Source: Pseudomonadota bacterium (lineage in GTDB: Bacteria > Pseudomonadota > Alphaproteobacteria > UBA8366). From it: a DNA stretch of 64,000 nucleotides. Position numbers and translations under genes: made by a program. The notes under the pieces were generated by a model that saw only the letters and a program-made list of their open reading frames with translations, searched no databases and had not been told where the DNA came from. The stretch is taken from contig JAYZET010000008.1 of the NCBI GenBank assembly GCA_036337155.1, forward strand, positions 116,287 through 180,286. The letters run 5' to 3'. Position 1 is the stretch's first letter. Every line of letters starts with the position of its first letter. Below, one piece after another: positions 19,249-28,749 of the stretch.

Positions 19249-20235
19249 ATGGCCAGCACGAGGATTGCCGTTCTGGATGACTACATGCGGATCGCCGGTG
19301 AGCTTGCAGATTGGGCTTCGTTGCCGGGGGAGACTGAGACGGTTTTCTTCTACGAGAAGCTTCCCGTAGGCACAGATGAGAGGGTCAAAATCCTTTCGGA
19401 TTTCGACGTTCTGATTGTTACTCGCGAGCGCACTCCGCTACCGAAAGAGTTGCTGGAGAATTTGCCGAAGTTAAAATTCATAGCGTCCCCGGAAATGCAC
19501 AATCGAGTGATTGATTTTGATTATTGCCGTGAGCGCGGCATCCTCGTGTGCGGAACTACGCCCCGCCCATCGCCGACATTCGAGTTGACTTGGGCTTTGA
19601 TCTTGGCACTCGCCAAGAATGTTACGATCGATGATCGGGCGATGCGTGAGGGCAAATGGCAGACTGTCGTCGGTACCGAAATCCGCGGTAAGACGCTCGG
19701 CGTAATCGGGCTCGGCCGCATCGGTTCCGAAGTGGCTAAGGTAGGTAACGCATTTGGAATGGAAGTCATCGCCTGGAGCGAGAATATGACCCGCGAGCGG
19801 GCAGAGGAATGTGGTGCGGAGCTGGTTTCGAAGAACGATCTGTTCCGCCGTTCCGATTACGTCGTTGTAATGGTAATCCAGAGTGATCGGACCATCGGTC
19901 TTGTCGGTGTACATGAAATTAGTCTGATGAAACCAAGTGCCTATCTTATCAATCCTGCGCGTGGTCCGATCGTCGACGAGGAGGCACTCGTCGAAGCATT
20001 GAAGAATGGCAAAATCGCGGGGGCCGGGCTCGATGTCTATGACGTGGAACCCCTGCCACAGGATCATCCTCTGCGCGGTCTGCCAAATACGGTTTTGATG
20101 CCGCACGTCGCAGGATTTACGCGCGAACACTATGCACATTGGTACAACGGCATGATGGAGGATGTGCGCGCCTGGCTTAGTGGAGAGGTTATCAACGAAA
20201 TTCACGGACGCGGTATCGTCGCGGCCCGGGTTTAG
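19249..20235 (+). CDS. D-isomer-specific 2-hydroxyacid dehydrogenase family protein
   Basis: It has the NAD-binding motif GVIGLGRIGSEVAK and catalytic-region sequences INPARGPIVDE and MPHVAGFT. Confidence 0.8.
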   Translation: MASTRIAVLDDYMRIAGELADWASLPGETETVFFYEKLPVGTDERVKILSDFDVLIVTRERTPLPKELLENLPKLKFIASPEMHNRVIDFDYCRERGILVCGTTPRPSPTFELTWALILALAKNVTIDDRAMREGKWQTVVGTEIRGKTLGVIGLGRIGSEVAKVGNAFGMEVIAWSENMTRERAEECGAELVSKNDLFRRSDYVVVMVIQSDRTIGLVGVHEISLMKPSAYLINPARGPIVDEEALVEALKNGKIAGAGLDVYDVEPLPQDHPLRGLPNTVLMPHVAGFTREHYAHWYNGMMEDVRAWLSGEVINEIHGRGIVAARV

Positions 20236-20532
20236 GGTCGCTGGAGGTGAGGCTCAGGTGGTGACGGACGAAGCCTATATTCTTTTTCTGAACTGATCTG
20301 ACCTTTTGTCGCCTAGCATCTTAGCGACCGATGCTGCCTCTCAAATATAGTGTCTTTATCTGGAAGCGCGACGGGTCTGGCGTGCTGAATGCGCGGTGAG
20401 TGTCCAGATTAGCTACTCATCGTTGCAATCGCTCACCCTAAACCGTCATTATAGTTCAAGACTCTACTGGCGATTGCCGTGCTGCTGGCTATCATGACGC
20501 GATCATAAAATTTTTGTGAGCGGAGGGACACC

Positions 20533-22863
20533 ATGCCGGATACGGGACGTAATGTAAGCAAGAAAGCGGACCGTTATAGACTGCCTGATTCTGATTATGT
20601 TGGCGAAGGATGGACACCGGTACAGCCGGGCACGGACCCTGTGCTTTATGGACATGTGGATTTCTTTCCTAAGGGTAAGTTCGAAATCCGTTCCTATCAG
20701 ACCTTTAAACTGACTTATACAGTCGGCCGTTTCGGTCTCGATGACACTGGTGCCATCCGCGTTGTTTTTCGCGCCATGGGAGATACCGGCACCATGCAAA
20801 CGAGCGATCCAACAGGAGACAATTATGTCTCGGCAACTGCCAGCAACGGGGCTACGCTTTCGGTCGATTATGCTCGTCGCGGCAAGAGTGCCCGCCCTCG
20901 TTGGAAATCGCTTACCGTTAACGTCTCCGGCGGTTATATGAAGGAAGGCGATACCATAACTATCACATTCGGCGACACATCACAGGGCTCAAACGGGCTT
21001 AAGTTGCAGACCATGGTGGAAAATGATTTCGAGTTTAAGGTGTTGGCCGATGTCTGCGCCGTCGGTCATTTCGTGCCGATTCCGAATACACCGACCATCG
21101 ATATTATACCGGGTCCGCCAACTGTTTGGCGTGCCGTTCTTTCCAGCCTACGGCGCCCGGGTGAGCGCTTTCAGTTTGGACTGAAAGCCGAAGACGGTTG
21201 GGGCAACCCTACCGAGCAAGCGGAGGGTAACTTTATTTTTGAGACAACGCTCCCGGTTCGTAATCTACCAAAGACGTTCCACTATCCCTTGGGCGAGAGA
21301 GCAATTTCCTTCGAAGACCTCGTCTGTGATCAGACTGGAGAGCTGCGTATCATCGTGCGCGATCAGGTGAATGCTACCCTTGTAGCAGAATCCCACCCAA
21401 TGCAGATTCGCGATAGTCAATACGGCGCCTATTGGGGCGATTTACACGGTCAGTCCGGCGAATCCATCGGTATCGGTACTTCGCACAGTTATTTTGAGTT
21501 TGCTCGCAATAAGGCGTTCCTAGATCTCACCAGCCATCAGGCTAATGACTTCCAAGTAAACAATAAGTTTTGGGCTTATCTGAACGAATTGGCTGCAGAG
21601 TTTCTTGATGAGGGGCGCTTCGTTACCTTCCCCGGCTACGAGTGGTCGGGCAACACCGCGGTCGGCGGCGACCGCAATGTTTATTTTCGGAAGGAAGGGC
21701 GGCAAATCCACCGCTCATCGCACGCCCTGCTGCCTGAGCGTGATGACATTGACACGGATGCGCCCAACGCCAACCTGCTATTCGAGGCGCTAAAGGATGA
21801 GGACTGCGTGATCTACGCACATGTCGGCGGGCGTTACGCCGATATCTCCTATGCGCATGACCCGAAGCTCGAGCGCTCGATGGAAATCCATTCCGCCTGG
21901 GGTACATTCGAATGGCTCCTGACGGATGGATTTCCTTTAGGTCACAGGAGCGGGGTTGTCTGCAACAGCGATGGTCATAAGGGCCGTCCGGGTGCAAGCT
22001 ATCCGGGCGCCTCGATGTTTGGCGCCTATGGTGGCCTTACTTGCTTTTACGCAGAGGAGTTGACCCGCGACGGCATCTTTGACTGTCTGCGTAAGCGACA
22101 TCACTATGGCACGACAGGGACGCGACTACATCTCGATGTGCGCGCGGCGCTGCCTAAAGGTGGCGAACTCTTCGATGAGGACCCGAAGGCATTCCATGAT
22201 ACAGGGTCGCGGACCGTCAACGAGGTCATGATGGGGGATATTGTGCGCGTCGTGGGCGATAAGGTGACGCTCCGGGTGGAGGCTTCGGCGCAGAACCCTA
22301 TCGAACGCATCGAGGTACGCAATGGCATAGAGGTGCTGGAGACTGTACGCGGCTTTTCAGTCGAGGAACTTGGCGAGCGGATTCGTGTCGTCTGGAGTGG
22401 GGCTGAGTATCGCGGCCGTGGGCGTGAGACCAACTGGAAAGGGCGAGCTAGTTTCGGTGACGCGTCGATCCGCAGTATGGCGAAGATCAACGCTTGGAAC
22501 CATGAGCGGAAGCTAGAACGACACGGCCGTGACACTGTCGTGTTCGATGCCATTACCACTGGAAACTTCGGTGGTTTCGACGCGTGGCTCGAAGGGCAAG
22601 GCAATGATCTTCACATTACGACCAATCACGGGGAAATGCGGGTGCCTCTCTCTGAAGTTGGTATTGAGGACGTGACGATGGATGCTGGCGGTCTCGAACG
22701 AAAAATTCGTGTTTTCCGTCTGCCCGAGGCGAATCCGCACCGAACCATCGCAACGGAGATCGATGTGCAACTGAAGGCTGAGGGTGACAACCCACTCTGG
22801 GTATGTGTCACCACTGAGGATGGTTTCCAGGCCTGGAGCAGCCCAATTTACGCATTTCTATAG
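20533..22863 (+). CDS. Large uncharacterized protein with central PHP-like metal-binding motif series
   Basis: At 776 aa it has a good SD (GGAGGG) before the ATG. An ordered motif set resembles PHP phosphoesterases: GDLHGQS (res 302-308), TSHQ (H335), GYEWSG (E370), YAHVGG (H430), EIHSAWG (H453), NSDGHKG (D480/H482). It is flanked by beta-rich N- and C-terminal regions. The function is unknown. Confidence 0.6.
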   Translation: MPDTGRNVSKKADRYRLPDSDYVGEGWTPVQPGTDPVLYGHVDFFPKGKFEIRSYQTFKLTYTVGRFGLDDTGAIRVVFRAMGDTGTMQTSDPTGDNYVSATASNGATLSVDYARRGKSARPRWKSLTVNVSGGYMKEGDTITITFGDTSQGSNGLKLQTMVENDFEFKVLADVCAVGHFVPIPNTPTIDIIPGPPTVWRAVLSSLRRPGERFQFGLKAEDGWGNPTEQAEGNFIFETTLPVRNLPKTFHYPLGERAISFEDLVCDQTGELRIIVRDQVNATLVAESHPMQIRDSQYGAYWGDLHGQSGESIGIGTSHSYFEFARNKAFLDLTSHQANDFQVNNKFWAYLNELAAEFLDEGRFVTFPGYEWSGNTAVGGDRNVYFRKEGRQIHRSSHALLPERDDIDTDAPNANLLFEALKDEDCVIYAHVGGRYADISYAHDPKLERSMEIHSAWGTFEWLLTDGFPLGHRSGVVCNSDGHKGRPGASYPGASMFGAYGGLTCFYAEELTRDGIFDCLRKRHHYGTTGTRLHLDVRAALPKGGELFDEDPKAFHDTGSRTVNEVMMGDIVRVVGDKVTLRVEASAQNPIERIEVRNGIEVLETVRGFSVEELGERIRVVWSGAEYRGRGRETNWKGRASFGDASIRSMAKINAWNHERKLERHGRDTVVFDAITTGNFGGFDAWLEGQGNDLHITTNHGEMRVPLSEVGIEDVTMDAGGLERKIRVFRLPEANPHRTIATEIDVQLKAEGDNPLWVCVTTEDGFQAWSSPIYAFL

Positions 22864-23133
22864 AGGCAGTGCGAAGTATTTACGGTTCGGATTTGCGAGT
22901 GTTGCACTTGCGCCAGGTGTAATAACTATCGGACGGGCGGGTGATTTTTTCTGCCTCTTTAGGTTTAGTGGTGTTCGTCACGATTGCGGTGTTTGTTTGG
23001 GATGGCATGCACAATTGCAACAGCTTTGCTTATTCTCGCATCAGTCGACCATGCGCAAAATATAAAATAAGGTGGTGCTCTTTTGCGGCCGCAAGGTCGG
23101 GTGTCGCCTGCTCTCAATCGTTAGGTTTTTGCG

Positions 23134-23850
23134 ATGACAATTAAGGTAACGCTATCTGGGGCTATGGGTCGTATGGGGCGTCGGGTGGGGTCGGCGCTCG
23201 ATGCCATGGATGGGGTGAATTTCGTCTGGGGTCTGGTACGCGGATCTAATCTTTCGATGAAAGGCTTGGCTCCCTTGACGAACGACGCGGTGGTCGCGAT
23301 TCGTGGCTGCGACGTACTGATGGATTTCACCGAAATAGACCATACATTGAAATTAGCCCGGATGTGTGCGGAGATGAAACGGTCGATCTTCGTCGGCACG
23401 ACAATGCGAAAGGCAAAGGACTTAGAGGCGTTGCGGGAAATTTCCGCTGATATCCCTGTCCTCTATGCGCCCAACGTCACGCGGGGAGCGGCGACACTGT
23501 TTGGCGTCTTGGAAGAGTTGGCGCATCGCCTTGGGCCCGCTTACGACGCGAAGGTGCTCGGTCACCATCACCGCGATAAAAAAGAGATGCCGAGCGGCAC
23601 GTCAAGCGAGATAGCTAAACGCATCCGAGAAGGCCGGGGTGACGAAAAATTGCCAGAAATCGTAACGGTCCTTGCAGGTAGCACCTATGGCACGCATGAG
23701 GTGCTCTTTGCTGGAAATAATGACGAGATCCGCATTAGTCACACTGTGACCCGCCCCGATATAGATGTGCGCGTGCTGCGCGCAGGTCTTGACTGGCTCA
23801 TGGCGAAGCCGACCGGGTTTTCCAGCATTTCTGAGGTGTTGGCTGGATGA
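23134..23850 (+). CDS. Dihydrodipicolinate reductase (DapB) family protein, short form
   Basis: The N-terminal Rossmann motif is LSGAMGRMGRRVG, and the DapB signature-like segment is GHHHRDKKEMPSGTS. At 238 aa it is shorter than canonical DapB. Confidence 0.6.
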   Translation: MTIKVTLSGAMGRMGRRVGSALDAMDGVNFVWGLVRGSNLSMKGLAPLTNDAVVAIRGCDVLMDFTEIDHTLKLARMCAEMKRSIFVGTTMRKAKDLEALREISADIPVLYAPNVTRGAATLFGVLEELAHRLGPAYDAKVLGHHHRDKKEMPSGTSSEIAKRIREGRGDEKLPEIVTVLAGSTYGTHEVLFAGNNDEIRISHTVTRPDIDVRVLRAGLDWLMAKPTGFSSISEVLAG

Positions 23851-23871
23851 AATATTTAGCAGCTAAGGAAA

Positions 23872-24771
23872 GTGAGCCTCATGACCGAAATAACACATAA
23901 GCCGCGTTTTCCAGTGCCGCCGGGCGCCTGTGATTGCCACTATCATATCTTCGGGCCAGCCGCGATATATCCACCGAAGCCGGGTATACGCCATCTGATG
24001 CCGGATGCGCTGGCAATCGATCACGCTGCGATGCGCGCCCGGGTCGGGCTTGAGCGTATGGTTTTGATACAAGTAGGTGGCTACTACCCAGATAATCAGC
24101 CGATGATTGGCGTGCTGGCGATGGAGGGAGAGAAGGCGCGTGGTGTCGCTGCCTACGATCCCAACGTCACATCGGAAGGGTTAGCCACGCTTAACGCGGC
24201 GGGCGCACGCGGCATGCGGGTAAGTCCTGGCCGAGATCTGAGCAACGAGCGGATGGAAGAGGTATGGGGCATTATTTTGCGTCTGGCCGCTTTGTTCGAA
24301 CCGGTCGGCTGGCACATCCAGTTCCTTCTCTCAGGTCATATGCGAGACGCACTATTGCCGCGTCTCGCTGACTTGCCGGTGCCGGTCGTGATCGATCATC
24401 TCGGCCTATTCCGACCAGAGCGCATCAACGGTCATAAGGGTTTCGAAGCTCTTCTGCGCCTGTTGGAGAGCAATAATGCCTGGCTTAAAGTTTCAGGCGC
24501 TGACCGTGTGTGCCGCGGCAGCCGTTACGAGGATGCGATCCCTTTAATGCAGCAATACATCGGTATCGCGCCCGAGCGTCTCATTTGGGGTACTGACTGG
24601 CCTCATACTGCTGAACGTCCGCCGCTCGCCGAGAGTGAGGGTCCGATCACAGTACCATATAGTAAGGTTGACGAGCGCCAATGTCTCGCCGTTTTGGCGG
24701 AAGCTTGTCCCGATGCTGAGACCTTCAAGGCGATCCTCTCCGACAATCCAGCACGGCTTTACGGGTTTTAG
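23872..24771 (+). CDS. Amidohydrolase-2 family hydrolase (LigI/2-pyrone-4,6-dicarboxylate hydrolase-like)
   Basis: It has an N-terminal metal/substrate motif CDCHYHIFGP, then VIDHLG and a C-terminal GTDWPH. The start is GTG 23872 or ATG 23881. Confidence 0.68.
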   Translation: MSLMTEITHKPRFPVPPGACDCHYHIFGPAAIYPPKPGIRHLMPDALAIDHAAMRARVGLERMVLIQVGGYYPDNQPMIGVLAMEGEKARGVAAYDPNVTSEGLATLNAAGARGMRVSPGRDLSNERMEEVWGIILRLAALFEPVGWHIQFLLSGHMRDALLPRLADLPVPVVIDHLGLFRPERINGHKGFEALLRLLESNNAWLKVSGADRVCRGSRYEDAIPLMQQYIGIAPERLIWGTDWPHTAERPPLAESEGPITVPYSKVDERQCLAVLAEACPDAETFKAILSDNPARLYGF

Positions 24772-24998
24772 GGAGTTAAAGAAGGCAAAGGAGCCCCGCA
24801 TACTTGTCCGCAATAGTATTCTTGGCGGCGCAGAATGCGAAGAGTTTATCGATTTTAGTAAGTTGAACGGGCCGGTTGAAGTAAATATCAGCTCGATATT
24901 TGTGTTTGAGTAGGAAGATGGGTAATTGATTAGTTTAGAATTTGTATTTTTTGTGTAGACGGGGAGCGAGGGACACTGTCGAGGGGGACAGGACGCGG

Positions 24999-27900
24999 AT
25001 GTATTTTGACACAAGGCTTTGGGGCTATACGAAAGGGGTGCGGGGACGCATCTTTGGGGCGGTAGCAATTGGCATTCTGGCGGTGCTGTTTGGCATCGCT
25101 CGTCTGGCGCTGCTCGGCTGGCTGATCGCGCGCATCTTCCAGGGGGCTTCCCTCGAGGAAATGCTGTGGCCCTTCGCTGGTGTCGCCGTCGTCATGATCG
25201 TGCGCGGTTGGCTCGAATATCTGCGTACTATGATGGCGCACGATACTGCGGCCATGGTGCAGGTGCACCTCCGGACTGTGATTTTCGATAAGGTCACGGA
25301 ACTAGGCCCTGCGCATTTTGGGTTGGAACGTACGGGTGACGCCATCCTTGCAATGATCGAAGGGGTGGAGCAGCTGGAGATTTATTTTGGGCAATACCTA
25401 CCGCAGCTCATCGTCTCCGCGCTCACGCCGGTGCTTATCTTTGGGGTAGTGGCCTTTCTTGACCTGCCAGTGGCGTTGGTCATGCTGGCGGCCGCAATTG
25501 TGACCCTGGTCGCGCCACAGATATTCCACAGCTGGGACAAGCATAACAGTCTCGGTCGGTCGCGTGCGTATAAGGCCTTCGCGGCGGAGTTTCTCGATTC
25601 TGTGCAGGGGCTGGCGACACTCAAAGCTTTCGGGCAAAGCGGTCCTCGGGCCAAAATCCTGAAAGAAAAAGCAAAGCACCTGTTCCGCTCCACGATGTGG
25701 GTACTGGCAACGAATTCATTGGCGCGTGGCATTACCGATACGGGTATCGCCATCGGCGCGGCGGCGACGCTGGCGCTCGGTGCCTTTCGCGTCGCTGACG
25801 ACAGGATGGAACTCACGGCGTTAGTGATGATCCTGATGCTTGGCGTCGAAGTTTTCCGTCCGCTTCGTGACATGCGTTCCCTTATGCACAACGGCATGGT
25901 GGCTCAGGCCTCCGCGCTGACCATCTTCCACCTCTTAGACGCCCGACCCATCGTCGTCGAGAGAGACGCCGCGGCGACGCCGTCAGAGATCGAGCCGACC
26001 GTGGCCTTTGAGGGTGTAAGCTTCGCTTATCCCGGCGTTAAGCGGTTAGCGCATAAAAAACTGGATTTTTTCGTGAAGGCAGGAGAGCGAATCGGATTTG
26101 TTGGACCGAGTGGCGTTGGAAAGTCCTCTATAGTGCGTCTGTTACTTCGATTTTACGATCCAGATAATGGAACGGTTCGGATTGGTGGGCACGACCTTCG
26201 AGAACTATCATTTGAGGCGATCAGGAGCCAGATTGCGGTCGTCAATCAGGATACCTACCTCTTTCACGGCACTGTTGCGGATAATCTCCGTGTCGGCAAG
26301 CCGGAGGCGACGGATACCGAGCTAGAGGCCGCCTGCCGGGCCGCGAATGCGCATGAGTTCATTGAGAAACTTCCGCAGCTTTACGGCACAGTTATCGGTG
26401 AACGGGGCATTCGCTTGTCAGGTGGCCAGCGCCAGCGTATTGCCATTGCCCGAGCAATACTGTGTGATGCACCTATCCTGGTACTAGACGAGGCCCTTTC
26501 GGCGGTAGACGCTGAAAACGAGGCAATAATTCAGGATGCCCTAGATCGTTTGATGGAGGGCCGGACCACGCTGGTTTTCGCTCATCGCCTCTCAAGCGTA
26601 ATCGATGCGGACCGAATTTTAGTACTCGAAGAAGGACGAATCGCTGAGTCCGGTAACCATTCCGAGCTAATGGCGACGGGTGGCGTTTATCACCAGTTGA
26701 TGGCTGCGCAGGCTGAGGAGGCCGCCGAAGCCGCGATCTCTGTCGGGGATGACGGTCTGCTGGATACGGGCCGTGCCGAGGGTGCGACCTATAGCGAAGA
26801 GGCGCAGTTCGCACCTACTGATGCCATTGTCAAGGCGGAAGGTCTCGGCTGGGCTGGCGCGGTGCGAGAACTCATGAAGCACATCGTACCGTACAAGGGG
26901 AAGCTGGCGCTTACTTTCGGTTTCGGAGTGACCCGGGTCGTCGCCTTTATTGGCATTGGCGCGGTGAGCGCGCTTGCGGTCCGAGCCGTTAAGTCCGGTG
27001 AGCCCTTCATCGATTTGCTGATATTGCTTGCGGTACTCGCTCCTGTCGCCGGAATTTTTCATTGGTTTGAGTCTTGGATCGCACACGACATGGCGTTTCG
27101 TCTCCTCGCAGAAATGCGGATCTCGCTTTTTGAAAAGCTAGATCGCCTTGCCCCGGCCTATATGGTGCGGCGGCGCACTGGTGACATGGTGGCGATGGCG
27201 ACCCACGATGTTGAGATGGTGGAGTATTTTTTTGCCCACACCGTGGCACCCGCATTTGTCGCTGTCTTGATACCGAGCATCGTTATTGGCGTCTTGATCT
27301 TCTTCGGCTGGGAATTAGCGGCGGCCCTTGCACCGTTCCTGGTGCTGGTGGCATTGACGCCATTCTTCACGCGCAAGCGTATTGACGAACTTGGTTCACG
27401 CGCACGCGAGGCGCTTGGTGAGCTTAATGCTCACGCGGTAGATACGATTCAGGGCCTGGGCGAAATAGTCGCCTTCCAGCGCACGCCGGAACGGCGGGCT
27501 GAACTGGTTGCACGGACAGAAAATCACCACATTGTGCGTCTGCCGTTCTTCCGCGACTTGACCTTTCAGACTTCTTTGTTGGAAGTGGCGACCGGGCTTG
27601 GCGGCCTCGCCGTCGTCGTCGCGGGAGCGGCACTGGTCGATGCAGGTAGGCTGGAGAGCGGTATCTTGCCGCTAATGACACTGCTTGCGATGTCCGCGTT
27701 CCTGCCAATCTCGGAGATTTCGAACGTTGGGCGCCAATTGGCGGATACGCTTGGCTCGACCCGGAGACTCTATGCGGTCGACAACGAGCCGGTGCCGGTG
27801 GCCGATGGGTTCGGCGTTGCAGAGGGGGAGGCCAGCGGCGGTCTTTCGATCGAACTCAATGCGGTTGACTTCCAGTACGAGGCCGGGAACCGGTATGCGC

Positions 27901-28595
27901 TTCGCGGTGCGGCGTTTGAGGCGCCGGCTGGCAAGACGGTTGCACTGGTTGGCCCGTCTGGCGCAGGGAAAACCACCATCGCGCATCTTTTGATGCGCTT
28001 TTGGGATCCGGAATTGGGATTGATACGACTTGGGGGGAAGGACCTTCGCGATTACGCGCTTGACGAATTGCGCCGACGCATCGCCTTAGTCGCCCAGGAT
28101 ACCTACCTCTTCAATGATACACTCCGGACCAATATCCTGATCGCTAATCCGGACGCGGGTGAAGGGGCTCTAAGGGCGGCAATCGATCGGGCGTCACTTG
28201 GCGAATTTTTGGCCGGTTTGCCGGACGGTTTAGAGACTAAGGTCGGCGAGAGAGGAATGCGCTTGTCCGGCGGGCAGCGTCAGCGCGTAGCGATCGCGCG
28301 GGCTTTTCTTAAGGACGCGCCAGTACTGATCTTAGACGAGGCAACCTCACATCTGGACGCTGTTAACGAACATGCCGTGCGGCAAGCGCTGGAGGAACTG
28401 ATGGCCGACCGGACTACAATCGTCATTGCCCATCGGCTCTCCACTGTCCGCAACGCTGATCTCATAGTGGCGCTTAACGAAGGTAGGGTAATCGAGACTG
28501 GTACCCATGATGTGTTGCTCGCTAAGGGCGGTTTATATGCGCAACTCGTTGCGCACCAACTCTCCGGTGCGGCTGGCCGCAACGCCGCGGAGTAG
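24999..28595 (+). CDS. Fused ABC exporter, TMD-NBD-TMD-NBD in one polypeptide (CydD/CydC-like halves)
   Basis: There are two six-TM-like regions, each followed by an NBD. NBD1 has GPSGVGKSS / LSGGQRQRIAIARA / LVLDEA. NBD2 has GPSGAGKTT / LSGGQRQRVAIARA / LILDEA. The halves are joined by an Ala/Glu-rich linker. The start is taken at ATG 24999. Confidence 0.8.
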   Translation: MYFDTRLWGYTKGVRGRIFGAVAIGILAVLFGIARLALLGWLIARIFQGASLEEMLWPFAGVAVVMIVRGWLEYLRTMMAHDTAAMVQVHLRTVIFDKVTELGPAHFGLERTGDAILAMIEGVEQLEIYFGQYLPQLIVSALTPVLIFGVVAFLDLPVALVMLAAAIVTLVAPQIFHSWDKHNSLGRSRAYKAFAAEFLDSVQGLATLKAFGQSGPRAKILKEKAKHLFRSTMWVLATNSLARGITDTGIAIGAAATLALGAFRVADDRMELTALVMILMLGVEVFRPLRDMRSLMHNGMVAQASALTIFHLLDARPIVVERDAAATPSEIEPTVAFEGVSFAYPGVKRLAHKKLDFFVKAGERIGFVGPSGVGKSSIVRLLLRFYDPDNGTVRIGGHDLRELSFEAIRSQIAVVNQDTYLFHGTVADNLRVGKPEATDTELEAACRAANAHEFIEKLPQLYGTVIGERGIRLSGGQRQRIAIARAILCDAPILVLDEALSAVDAENEAIIQDALDRLMEGRTTLVFAHRLSSVIDADRILVLEEGRIAESGNHSELMATGGVYHQLMAAQAEEAAEAAISVGDDGLLDTGRAEGATYSEEAQFAPTDAIVKAEGLGWAGAVRELMKHIVPYKGKLALTFGFGVTRVVAFIGIGAVSALAVRAVKSGEPFIDLLILLAVLAPVAGIFHWFESWIAHDMAFRLLAEMRISLFEKLDRLAPAYMVRRRTGDMVAMATHDVEMVEYFFAHTVAPAFVAVLIPSIVIGVLIFFGWELAAALAPFLVLVALTPFFTRKRIDELGSRAREALGELNAHAVDTIQGLGEIVAFQRTPERRAELVARTENHHIVRLPFFRDLTFQTSLLEVATGLGGLAVVVAGAALVDAGRLESGILPLMTLLAMSAFLPISEISNVGRQLADTLGSTRRLYAVDNEPVPVADGFGVAEGEASGGLSIELNAVDFQYEAGNRYALRGAAFEAPAGKTVALVGPSGAGKTTIAHLLMRFWDPELGLIRLGGKDLRDYALDELRRRIALVAQDTYLFNDTLRTNILIANPDAGEGALRAAIDRASLGEFLAGLPDGLETKVGERGMRLSGGQRQRVAIARAFLKDAPVLILDEATSHLDAVNEHAVRQALEELMADRTTIVIAHRLSTVRNADLIVALNEGRVIETGTHDVLLAKGGLYAQLVAHQLSGAAGRNAAE

Positions 28596-28749
28596 GCGCC
28601 ATGATCTGATCGTTGACTTCCCCTGTGGTCCAGTCGCAAGGTTCTCAACGATCAGGAAAAGGCCAATTAGCGAATCACAGCGTTCTTGCTTTCTGCGATA
28701 AGGTCGCGATTTATGCGGTTGTTGCCTCATTCCGTTTGGAGTTTCACCC

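Noticed and set aside
19471-20205. A 244-aa ORF antisense to the D-2-hydroxyacid dehydrogenase gene.
   Set aside because: It is fully embedded opposite a gene with clear family motifs, and it has no recognisable motifs or SD of its own. Long antisense ORFs are a common artefact of codon bias. The same applies to 8033-8545, 15937-16494, 25382-25897, 42329-42880, 45224-45694 and 51278-51808.
23083-23094. The 12-bp palindrome TTGCGGCCGCAA about 40 bp upstream of the dapB-like gene.
   Set aside because: It is a single short GC palindrome with no loop and no second copy. It cannot be distinguished from chance without comparative data.
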